DNA of 32,000 bases from an uncultured Planctomycetia bacterium. GTDB taxonomy: Bacteria > Omnitrophota > Gorgyraeia > Duberdicusellales > 4484-171. The notes beneath the pieces are model-generated. The model saw nothing but the letters and a program-made list of their open reading frames with translations, had not been told where the DNA came from and did not search any database. Of this stretch, positions 14,567 to 22,610 are shown one piece after another (positions within the stretch are counted from its first letter, which is position 1; the number at the start of each line of letters is the position of its first letter). Both the position numbers and the translations under genes were made by a program. The stretch is from positions 22,674-54,673 of the forward strand of contig CAZHYN010000009.1 of the NCBI GenBank assembly GCA_964536865.1. The letters run 5' to 3'.

Positions 14567-14704
14567 GGTATATTTTTTCTTTCCTCCATATGTTACTAAA
14601 AATGGAGTATCCCGAGAATTATTTATTAGAATCCACATATTGGCTAAATTTCTATAGACAATCCAGAAATTTCTAATACTTCTAACATCTCTTCTATAAA
14701 TCAC
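14462..14704 (-). CDS. 80-aa Phd/YefM-like small protein (tentative)
   Basis: SIRNFWIVYRNL...TPFLVTYGGKKKYTIIDEENFKRFLSIL follows the beta-alpha-beta-beta-alpha pattern of Phd/YefM antitoxins as I recall it, with a basic tail. Coupled by a 4-nt overlap to the 60-aa ORF. Confidence 0.4.
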   Translation of the reverse strand: MIYRRDVRSIRNFWIVYRNLANMWILINNSRDTPFLVTYGGKKKYTIIDEENFKRFLSILPGKRRRDEKKGRSLKLFIKR

Positions 14705-14825
14705 ATCTTTAGAAACATAATGGCTTTCTTTATTTATCCTGACTTCAATTCTTCTTACTGCTTCCTCAGGTGTATCTAAATAGAATAGATAAAAAATATT
14801 GTTATATGATAGTTATTTTTTTAAA

Positions 14826-15632
14826 CTAATAAATAGATAAAGGAGGGGCACTATTTTCTAAAAGCAATTGTGCCTTCTTCTTTAATCGTTTAAGCTCTTC
14901 AATTATCGATTGCCAATAAACTCTGTCCTCCTGCCGCAACTTTTCAATCTCTAAAGCTATCTGTTTGGAAGCTTCTTTTATGTAAAATTCCTTTTTCCCT
15001 TTTTCAACTAAAGCCTTGATGATAAGATTAAGGCATTTCCTTGCCAATGAATTAGCAACCATTCTTGCCCGACGATATTTTGATAAATAATATATTGCAT
15101 CCTCTATCTCAAATGTATTCTTTAAAATCCATTCCCAGTCCTGAAAAGATATAGAAGGATATAGATTACTATACTCTATCTTCACCAAATTAGAGATAAC
15201 AGGATAATCTTCCAATCGCCTTGTCTTCTTTATCTCTACCAAATCTCTTATGCCCACTACAGGAATCTTTCCCCACTCTGTTTGGTAATATACTGCTTTT
15301 TTAAATGCCCTTATGAAATTATCTACACGAGGCACTTTTCCCATTACATCTAAAAACCAACCTAAATTTTTCTTGCTTTGTTGAAATTGGAAATGATAAC
15401 CGTGCCCTTTTCTAATCAAATCCATTCTCAAAGGAGGAGTAAGTTTATATATCCTGCCTTTTATTTTTTTAATTACCTTGAGGAGTTTATTCCAATCTTG
15501 AGGAGTGGGATTTACCCATATATCTATATCCTCAGAAAAAGTAGCAGCTCCATAAAGAACTGCTGCCTGTCCGCTTATTAAAAGATACAAAACTCCTTCT
15601 GAGTTAAGGTCTTGGAAAAATTTTTTTATCAT
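14826..15632 (-). CDS. Minimal nucleotidyltransferase-fold protein with an unassigned helical C-terminal half
   Basis: 268-aa ORF. VLYLLISGQAAVLYGAATFSEDIDIWV resembles the G-[SG]...DxD pol-beta NTase signature. Confidence 0.5.
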   Translation of the reverse strand: MIKKFFQDLNSEGVLYLLISGQAAVLYGAATFSEDIDIWVNPTPQDWNKLLKVIKKIKGRIYKLTPPLRMDLIRKGHGYHFQFQQSKKNLGWFLDVMGKVPRVDNFIRAFKKAVYYQTEWGKIPVVGIRDLVEIKKTRRLEDYPVISNLVKIEYSNLYPSISFQDWEWILKNTFEIEDAIYYLSKYRRARMVANSLARKCLNLIIKALVEKGKKEFYIKEASKQIALEIEKLRQEDRVYWQSIIEELKRLKKKAQLLLENSAPPLSIY

Positions 15633-15771
15633 GGACTTCTTTTAGATTTTTTATCCTTCTTCTAAGTTCCCAGCTTCTTTTCAATCGTTGCGCAGAGGTA
15701 AATTTAATCCATATCTCTCTTTGATAAGTCTTGGGAAACAAAACTAACTTCTTCCTCCTATCTATCTTCAT
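15604..15771 (-). CDS. 55-aa basic small ORF overlapping the start of the NTase gene (below the ORF-track cutoff)
   Basis: My own translation: MKIDRRKKLVLFPKTYQREIWIKFTSAQRLKRSWELRRRIKNLKEVHDKKIFPRP. It overlaps the NTase ATG (15632) by 29 nt. Confidence 0.3.
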   Translation of the reverse strand: MKIDRRKKLVLFPKTYQREIWIKFTSAQRLKRSWELRRRIKNLKEVHDKKIFPRP

Positions 15772-15890
15772 CTCCCTACCCTACTGCTCTGTTAAAAATC
15801 CCTGTTTTAGAAACTCGTCTTTTTATCTACAATGAATTATATATAAAAAATTCTCTTTAATCAATATATCTGAATCAAGGTTTTGTCAAC

Positions 15891-17190
15891 AAAATTGTGT
15901 AAATTTTTCATAAAGACTATACCCTCCATAATTAAAGTTATTGTTTTTGTTAAATCTTTCCACTAATAGATAAATAACTCTATTTGCACTCTTTATGTCT
16001 CTAAAAACCAGCCCAATATCTGGTTAGTTGTTCTAATCTTTTAAGAACCTCTCTATTAAATTGGTGCTTTTTATTAGAGAATGAAATTTAGCGGGATAAT
16101 TATAAAAGGTTAAAGTCTCATCTATGGTTCTGGTAAGAATCTTAAAGAATTTAGGTTCTTTATTCTGGTAAAGATTTTTAAATTCATTCAGTCTCTTTAA
16201 GAATTCTTCTCTGTTGCCTGCTTTATAGAGATTGTAAGTAGTTTTTCTTATTTGGGGAAGGAGTCTTTTATTATGGATAATCTTTGAGGCCTCCCTTACA
16301 TAATGGATTGAGCAGATTTGAATATCTTTATTAGGATATACAAATAAAAAGGCATTCTTAATACATCTTTTACCATCACAGATGAGCATTTTTAAAAATG
16401 CTCCCTCTAATCCCTTATCCTTTAAATCAAAGAAGAAATTAGTGTAGTTAGTCTCATTCTCAGAGGATACTATTTTAAAATAAAGAACTTCATAGTTTAA
16501 ATCCTGTTTTATCCCTATACAGAATATTACTGGTCTTTTTCTTTTACTCTCTGGATTTATTTTAATATAGTTGGCATCTACTATTAAGAAGAGATAACCA
16601 TCGGTTAATTTCTTCTTTATTTAAGAATTGATTAACTAAGCTATCTAATCTTTTTAAAATATTAGATACTGGCTGATGACTAATATTAGATTCACTAAAG
16701 AAATCATAGAAGAATTTAGAAACCTTCCTGCTAGATTGCCCATTAAGAAAACAATTTAACACCGCATAGTCAAATTCATCTAACCTTCTTTTATATCTCT
16801 CTAAAAGTTTAAATTCTATTCTTTGCCTTGCTCTGGGTACTAAGAAATTATCAATCCTTCCTACCAGATGAGTAATTAAACTCCTCTTGTAGCAGCCATT
16901 ACGATAGCCTACCCTTAACTGTGTATGCTGATACTTCTCTGCTTTTAATATGGCTTCTAATTCCTTATTTAGGCTATATTCTAACAATTCTTTAATCATC
17001 TGCTTTACCTTGCCCTTTACATCCTGCCAGAATACCTCTCCTGGCAAAATACCCTTAACATTTGCCCATCTTAAGAGTAAATTTTCCCATTATCAAAATT
17101 TAATCTTCTCATAGGCTATATACCTCCTTTCTTTATTTAGGAGGGTATAGCCTTTTTTGTTACCTTTGTCAATTAGAATTTACACAGAAT
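15891..17190 (-). mobile_element. Decayed IS256-family (Mutator-type) insertion sequence, about 1.3 kb
   Basis: Imperfect terminal inverted repeats: TGTGTAAATT (15896..15905 versus 17177..17186) and CTATACCCTCC (15917..15927 versus 17140..17150). It encloses the transposase fragments. Exact ends and target duplication are not resolved. Confidence 0.65.
15930..17047 (-). pseudogene. IS256-like transposase, disrupted
   Basis: Fragments 16562..17047 (GYRNGCYKRSL, QSSRKVSKFF) and 16033..16389 (LICDGKR, STNLIERFLKD) match IS256/Mutator transposase blocks. There is a frameshift near 16560-16600 (YLLLIVDANYIKI is in another frame). In-frame TAG (16033..16035) and TAA (16024..16026) are followed by more transposase-like codons (IGLVFRDIKSANRVIYLLVERF). 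The N-terminus is also out of frame. Confidence 0.75.
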
Positions 17191-17306
17191 ATTTTACAGT
17201 GCCTATCACCATAAATCACGACATCACATAAATAGAGGGTAAAATTTTTCTATTTGACATTCATCCGCTCTCTTTCTATCTTTTCATTACTTTCTTAAAC
17301 GTCTCT

Positions 17307-17336
17307 AAAAAACTACTTTCTGCTTCAAGGAAGCAG
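17307..17336 (-). terminator. Possible intrinsic terminator after the epimerase gene
   Basis: Minus strand: CTGCTTC-CTT-GAAGCAG (17336..17320), then AAAGTAGTTTTTT. The stem is short and the U-tract is offset, so support is weak. Confidence 0.3.
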
Positions 17337-17387
17337 GCTTTCCTAATACCATTTTTCACTTTTGCGAAAAAGTGAAATTTTGTATAT

Positions 17388-18437
17388 CTATTCAATGGTA
17401 TACGATGTTGAAGATAAAAACTTTTTTGCCCAACTAAGTAACTTATCTATTCCCCTCTCAAATGATATAGTTGATTCCCAACCAAGATCCCTTTTAATTT
17501 TGGAAATATCAGAGATATAAACTTTTTGGTCAAAAGGTCGCCAATTGGAATATTTTACCTTTGGTTTTCTATCTAACTTTTTACTCAAAAGATTAAGAAA
17601 TTCTAATAGAGATGTGGCGTTCTCTGGACCTCCTCCGATATTATAGACACTATGTTTTATTTTACTTCTCACAAATAAATCAAAAGCTTTAACTAAATCT
17701 TTCACATAAAGGACATCTCTTACCTGCTTACCGTTGCCATAGATAGTTATAGGTTCCTCTTTTAAGGCAGTAATAATAAAATGGGCAATCCAACCTTGAT
17801 CCTCAAAACCAAACTGACGCACCCCATAAATACAACTCATACGAAAAACCCCTGTCCTTATTCCATAAATATAAGCATATTCTTGAACGTAGAGATCTCC
17901 CAAATACTTACTTACCCCATAAGGAGTATGAGGAGAACTATCGATAGACATTTCTTCAGAAATAGCTCTTACTCCTTTATAAACATAACGTGTTTTTAGC
18001 TCTTTTATAGGAAGATTACACACGTTCCCTCCATAAACTTTGTTTGTAGAGCAATATATAAAAGTTGCTTTTGGAGATTTTCTTCTTATGCATTCCAACA
18101 CATTAAATGTGCCCAAGGCATTAATAGCAAAATCTAAGCGAGGATTCTTAACCGATGAGAGAACCCCGGGTTGAGCAGCACAATGAATTACAACATCTAC
18201 ACCTCTGCCAATAGCTTCTCTTACATCTTTTATCTTCCTCACATCTCCTAATATTCTCTCAATGTTGGAATACCTTTTTAAATATTCCCAATTATACTCA
18301 ACACTTTTTTTAGAATACCCAAATATCTTAGAGCGTATAAGATTATCTAAAACTGTTACTTTCCACCTTCTCTTAGCATAGTATTCAGCAACATGACTTC
18401 CTATAAAGCCCGCTCCTCCTGTAACTAAAATTTTCAT
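17388..18437 (-). CDS. SDR epimerase, CDP-paratose 2-epimerase-like
   Basis: 349-aa ORF. GGAGFIGSH, STNKVYG, TPYGVSK, FEDQGWIAHF, IYGNGKQVRDVLYVKD, NIGGGPENATSLLE, PFDQKVYISDISK. This block pattern matches RfbE-type tyvelose/paratose epimerases as I recall them. Confidence 0.65.
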   Translation of the reverse strand: MKILVTGGAGFIGSHVAEYYAKRRWKVTVLDNLIRSKIFGYSKKSVEYNWEYLKRYSNIERILGDVRKIKDVREAIGRGVDVVIHCAAQPGVLSSVKNPRLDFAINALGTFNVLECIRRKSPKATFIYCSTNKVYGGNVCNLPIKELKTRYVYKGVRAISEEMSIDSSPHTPYGVSKYLGDLYVQEYAYIYGIRTGVFRMSCIYGVRQFGFEDQGWIAHFIITALKEEPITIYGNGKQVRDVLYVKDLVKAFDLFVRSKIKHSVYNIGGGPENATSLLEFLNLLSKKLDRKPKVKYSNWRPFDQKVYISDISKIKRDLGWESTISFERGIDKLLSWAKKFLSSTSYTIE

Positions 18438-19585
18438 TTTTTAAAAAACCTCCTCACAAGAGAAATTATGTAATCTATCTCTTCGTCCTTTAAGAAAGGA
18501 TGAATAGGAAGAGTTAGTATTTGCTTAGATAAGACCATAGCATTTTCTAACTTCTTTTTTACTGTACAGCTCCTGAAAGCTTCCATTTTATTTATGAGAA
18601 CAGGATAATAAATACGAGCATCCACTCCTTTTAAGTTTAAAAATTGTAAAAGTTGATTTCTTTTAGATAAAACTTTCAGGGTGTAGAGATGGTAAGTATG
18701 TAGAGTCTCATTTGGCTCTAGAGGGACTTTCACCTCCTTTAGATCTTCTAAACCTTGATGATATTTTTGAGCTATCTCTCTTCTCTTTTTATTAAACTTA
18801 TCAATATGATTTAGCTTCGCCAAAAGTATACTCGCTTGGATTGAATCTAGACGAGAATTATATCCTATATACCGAGCATGGTAACGCTTCCGTTGACCGT
18901 GATTTCTTAAAACTCTTACTAACTCTGCTAATCTTCTATCATTAGTTACAATTAATCCTCCATCACCATAACAACCTAAATTTTTTGATGGGAAGAAGCT
19001 GTATGCCCCCAGATTACCTAACGTCCCGAGTTTCTTCCCCTTATATACTCCTCCAAAGGCTTGAGCGGTATCCTCTAAGACAAAAAGATTATTCTCTCCA
19101 GCAACTTTTAAAATCTCACTCATCTGACAACCTAAACCGTAAAGATGAACACATACTATGCCTACAGTATTTTTTGTGAGTGCTTTTTTTATCTTAGGAG
19201 GAGAGATATTGAAAGTATTGTAATCTACATCTACTAAAACGGGAGTCGCCCCACTTCTTAAGATCGCCTCTACAGTAGCGATAAAGGTAAGAGGAGTGGT
19301 AATAATTTCATCTTTCTTATCAAAAAATTCCCTTCTTTTTAGTTTAAGAGCTAATGCCTTTAGGGATAAAACCAAAGCATCGGTTCCCGATGCTACCCCT
19401 ATAGCGTAATTAGTTCTTAAATATTTTGCTACGTTTTTTTCAAACATAGTCACCTTTGAACCTAAAACCCAATCATGAGTTTTGAAACAATCTTTAAACT
19501 CTTTTTGGATTTCCCTCTTCAAAAAGTTATACTCACGTATAAGATCCACAATAGGAATCTTAAACTTCCTCATTTTCCCTTCCAC
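18434..19585 (-). CDS. DegT/DnrJ/EryC1/StrS-family PLP-dependent sugar aminotransferase
   Basis: 383-aa ORF. ASGTDAL, TPLTFIATVEAI, SFFPSKNLGCYGDGG (catalytic Lys region), NHGQ. Confidence 0.85.
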   Translation of the reverse strand: MEGKMRKFKIPIVDLIREYNFLKREIQKEFKDCFKTHDWVLGSKVTMFEKNVAKYLRTNYAIGVASGTDALVLSLKALALKLKRREFFDKKDEIITTPLTFIATVEAILRSGATPVLVDVDYNTFNISPPKIKKALTKNTVGIVCVHLYGLGCQMSEILKVAGENNLFVLEDTAQAFGGVYKGKKLGTLGNLGAYSFFPSKNLGCYGDGGLIVTNDRRLAELVRVLRNHGQRKRYHARYIGYNSRLDSIQASILLAKLNHIDKFNKKRREIAQKYHQGLEDLKEVKVPLEPNETLHTYHLYTLKVLSKRNQLLQFLNLKGVDARIYYPVLINKMEAFRSCTVKKKLENAMVLSKQILTLPIHPFLKDEEIDYIISLVRRFFKK

Positions 19586-19872
19586 TTTCCTAGTTCATTT
19601 ACCAAGGAGTTAAAACCAAAGCCAAAAGCAAAAGATACACAGAATAATTTAAAAGTGGCAAGCCAATCTATATTCTCCTCAACTTTTAGACGGTACTGAG
19701 GAAAAATAAGGAGAGAAAAAACTATGGAAATTAAAAAAGCACCCAGTGCTTGAAGAAGATATTTCTTTTTAAAAGATGTTATCCTTCCTTGATACAATTT
19801 CCTAAAAAAGGGAAGAAGAGTCCGGGCTAATACCCCAAAAAATATACCTCCAAGTTGAACAAGCACACTCAC
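19570..19872 (-). CDS. 100-aa small membrane protein (about 3 hydrophobic helices)
   Basis: GTG start. Hydrophobic segments LVQLGGIFFGVLARTLL, ALGAFLISIVFSLLIF and LFCVSFAFGFGF. Overlaps the aminotransferase start by 16 nt. Confidence 0.5.
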   Translation of the reverse strand: MSVLVQLGGIFFGVLARTLLPFFRKLYQGRITSFKKKYLLQALGAFLISIVFSLLIFPQYRLKVEENIDWLATFKLFCVSFAFGFGFNSLVNELGKWKGK

Positions 19873-20048
19873 TTAATACCCTTTCTAAATTTCTCCTGTA
19901 ATCTGATTATTTTCTTTGAATAATTACTCCTTAAAATATTTCCATTTTATTAAATTCCTTATAGAGACTAATGGAATCCTGATATTCTTTATCTTTACAT
20001 ATTTTATGTCCTTTTTTGCTTTTTATAGTCAAAAAGATTCTAATATAA

Positions 20049-20987
20049 TCAAACATTTCTTAATATCTGCGTAAAGTACTCTATAGTTTTCTTTAATCCT
20101 TCTTCTAAACTAATCTTCGGTTGCCATCCTAGAATTTTTTTAGCTCTACTTATATCAGGCCGTCTCTTTTTAGGATCGTCTTCCGGTAAATTTAAGAATC
20201 TTATTTTCGATTTAGAACCCGTCAATTTTAAAATGAGCTTAGCTAAATCAATTATCTTAAACTCCTGAGGATTACCTAAATTTAGGGGCCACTTATAATC
20301 AACTTCCATTGTGGCTAATATACCTCTCACTAAATCATCAATGTAACAAAAAGAACGGGTTTGCTCGCCATTACCGTAAACAGTTAAATCCTCTCCTTTC
20401 AATGCTTGAACAATAAAGTTGGACACAACTCTCCCATCGTCGGGTCGCGTATTTGGCCCATAAGTATTAAAGATACGAACCACTCTCACATCCAGAGTAT
20501 GCTTTCGCATATAGGCGTAAACTAAACTCTCCGAGGCACGCTTGGACTCATCGTAACAAGAACGAGGTCCTACAATACTCACATTTCCTGTGTACTCTTC
20601 TTTCTGGGGAGAAACTTTAGGGTCGCCATAGACTTCACTAGTAGAAGCTAAAAAGAATTTAGCTTTTTTTGCTTTAGCGATACCCAGACAATTGTAAGTA
20701 CCTAATAGACCACTTTTTAAAGTTTTTATAGGATATTGTAGATAATGCTTAGGAGAAGCTAAAGAAGCAAAATGTAATACCCAATCTAATTCATAATCTA
20801 AATATAGAGGATTTGAAATATCATGTTCAATTAATTTAAAGTTAGGATTAGAGAGTAGCTCCTCTACATTATTTTGGGAACCAGTAATAAAGTTATCCAC
20901 ACAGATAATAAAATTCCCCTTTTCAACAAGTTTTTTGCATAAGTGTGAACCAATAAATCCACATCCTCCAGTAATTAAAATATTCAT
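20049..20987 (-). CDS. uxs: UDP-glucuronate decarboxylase (UDP-xylose synthase)
   Basis: 312-aa ORF. GGCGFIGSH, STSEVYGDP, CYDESKR, RIFNTYGP, DGRVVSNFIVQAL, GEQTRSFCYIDDLV. Confidence 0.85.
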   Translation of the reverse strand: MNILITGGCGFIGSHLCKKLVEKGNFIICVDNFITGSQNNVEELLSNPNFKLIEHDISNPLYLDYELDWVLHFASLASPKHYLQYPIKTLKSGLLGTYNCLGIAKAKKAKFFLASTSEVYGDPKVSPQKEEYTGNVSIVGPRSCYDESKRASESLVYAYMRKHTLDVRVVRIFNTYGPNTRPDDGRVVSNFIVQALKGEDLTVYGNGEQTRSFCYIDDLVRGILATMEVDYKWPLNLGNPQEFKIIDLAKLILKLTGSKSKIRFLNLPEDDPKKRRPDISRAKKILGWQPKISLEEGLKKTIEYFTQILRNV

Positions 20988-21322
20988 CTTACTAAAAGAT
21001 TAAAGGAATTTTTATTCAAAGATAGTAAGGTATTGTAAAGTTTCTGATTAATTTCCTTATTAAATCTTCTTTCCCAATAACTCCCTGCTAAAATTTCTCT
21101 AAATCTACAGAGTTCTCTTAAGAGATTACCTTTAACAGTAGTTAGAGTTAGATCTAACAATCCTAAAGCACGCTCATAACAATATTTTACCTCCTCAAAA
21201 TCCTCTTTCTCTATCCAGTTTTTTGCTCTCACAAATTCTGTGACAATCATAAGGATTCTTCTCTCTATGGAAAAACTTAACCACTTAGCCTTATCTAAAT
21301 TTTTATGATACTTTAACTTCAT
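20984..21322 (-). CDS. 112-aa hypothetical protein embedded in the sugar operon
   Basis: Start overlaps the stop of the 113-aa ORF by 1 nt (TAATG). Stop overlaps the uxs start (ATGA). Helical-looking; no family named. Confidence 0.55.
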   Translation of the reverse strand: MKLKYHKNLDKAKWLSFSIERRILMIVTEFVRAKNWIEKEDFEEVKYCYERALGLLDLTLTTVKGNLLRELCRFREILAGSYWERRFNKEINQKLYNTLLSLNKNSFNLLVR

Positions 21323-21663
21323 TATTCTTTTATAAGTGCTTTTACTATATCCTCTATTTTCTTTCTAATTGCTAAATCTTCTACTTCTATAGAAAAATTA
21401 CCCTGGTGAGGTTTTATATTTATTAACGCAGAATATTCAATAAAATTCTCTCTACCCTTAAAAGGATAAATATTTATTCCCCAAAGATCCTCTGGAGAGG
21501 ACCCATCTTCCAAAGGTAATTTTTCTATATCTGAATGTAGGTCTCCATCTACAATCACTACTTTTCTTTGAACATCTACCACTCCTTTTATTATACTTTT
21601 GAAAAAATGCATATGTTTTTCTTTAAGCTCCTCAATAGTAATAGGATTACTTATAATCCCCAT
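21322..21663 (-). CDS. 113-aa hypothetical protein embedded in the sugar operon
   Basis: Start overlaps the 3' end of the upstream epimerase gene by 13 nt. VVDVQRKVVIVDGDLHSDIEKLPLEDGSSPEDLWGINIYP resembles a small-protein family common in uncultivated lineages, but I cannot name it reliably. Confidence 0.55.
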   Translation of the reverse strand: MGIISNPITIEELKEKHMHFFKSIIKGVVDVQRKVVIVDGDLHSDIEKLPLEDGSSPEDLWGINIYPFKGRENFIEYSALINIKPHQGNFSIEVEDLAIRKKIEDIVKALIKE

Positions 21664-22610
21664 CTATCTTTGAACCATTCTACAGTTAGTTTTAACCCTT
21701 GGCGAAAACTAACCTTTGGCTGCCAACCTAAGAGATTTTTTGCTTTCTCAATGGAAGCATGTGTTTTTTTTACATCACCGGGTCGAGGAGGCAAGTATAC
21801 CGGAGCTATATCCTTTCCGGTAATATCCTTTAATATCTCTAAAAGAGAGTTTACTGATTTGGGAACGCCGTCAGCAATGTTAAAAACCTCTCCTTCAATG
21901 TTGGGTTTAATCAATGCTAACAGATTAGCCTCAACAACATTATCGATATAAGTAAAATCTCTTTCTTGATTACCATCTCCATAGATAGGAGGGGACTCTC
22001 CTTTAAGAAGAGAGGTAATAAACTTAGGAACCACAACTGCATATCGGCTCTCTAAAGATTGTCGGGGACCAAAAACATTAAAGTACCTTAAAGAGACTAC
22101 CTCCAACTTATAAATTTTAGTAAACACAAAACCATAGTATTCACCGAAAAGCTTACTAACACCGTAGGGAGAAATTGGTTGATGAGGGTCTGCCTCTCTT
22201 TCAGGAAATTCTGCTCTCTCTCCATATACAGAACTACTAGATGCGTAAACAATCCTCTTTATCCCCTTCTCCTTAGCCTTAAGGTATAATTTAAAAGTCC
22301 CTGTAACGTTTACATCGTGATACTCAAAAGGATTATCTACTGACTTAGGCACACTTCTTAGAGCTGCCTGATGAGATACAAAATCTACATCTGAGAGAAT
22401 TTTCTCTAACAACTCCTCATCTCTTATATCTCCTCGAACAAACTCTATATTTTCTATACAATGTTTTAAGTTATCTTCTGACCCAGTTACAAGATTATCT
22501 AAAACTACTACTCTTGCTCCTACCTGTAAGAGTTTATCCACAATATGGGAACCAATAAAACCCGCTCCTCCGGTTACCAATACCTTTTTGCTTCTTAAAA
22601 CTTCCTCCAT
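21651..22610 (-). CDS. SDR UDP-sugar 4-epimerase (WbpP/TviC-like)
   Basis: 319-aa ORF. VLVTGGAGFIGSH, YASSSSVYG, SPYGVSK, LRYFNVFGPRQ, YAVVVPKF, IYGDGNQERDFTYIDNVVEANLLA. Confidence 0.7.
   Translation of the reverse strand: MEEVLRSKKVLVTGGAGFIGSHIVDKLLQVGARVVVLDNLVTGSEDNLKHCIENIEFVRGDIRDEELLEKILSDVDFVSHQAALRSVPKSVDNPFEYHDVNVTGTFKLYLKAKEKGIKRIVYASSSSVYGERAEFPEREADPHQPISPYGVSKLFGEYYGFVFTKIYKLEVVSLRYFNVFGPRQSLESRYAVVVPKFITSLLKGESPPIYGDGNQERDFTYIDNVVEANLLALIKPNIEGEVFNIADGVPKSVNSLLEILKDITGKDIAPVYLPPRPGDVKKTHASIEKAKNLLGWQPKVSFRQGLKLTVEWFKDRWGL

Noticed and set aside
1700-15800. Chromosomal integron-like cassette array: same-strand small cassettes, many TA modules, and heptamers matching the GTTRRRY/RYYYAAC attC core (for example GTTAGAT/ATCTAAC in the heptamer arrays and GTTAAGC in the GC-rich motif).
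   Set aside because: The window contains no intI integrase and no attI site. There is no recurring attC-like imperfect inverted repeat after each cassette. Most cassettes carry their own strong promoters. GTTRRRY is degenerate enough to occur dozens of times by chance in 32 kb.
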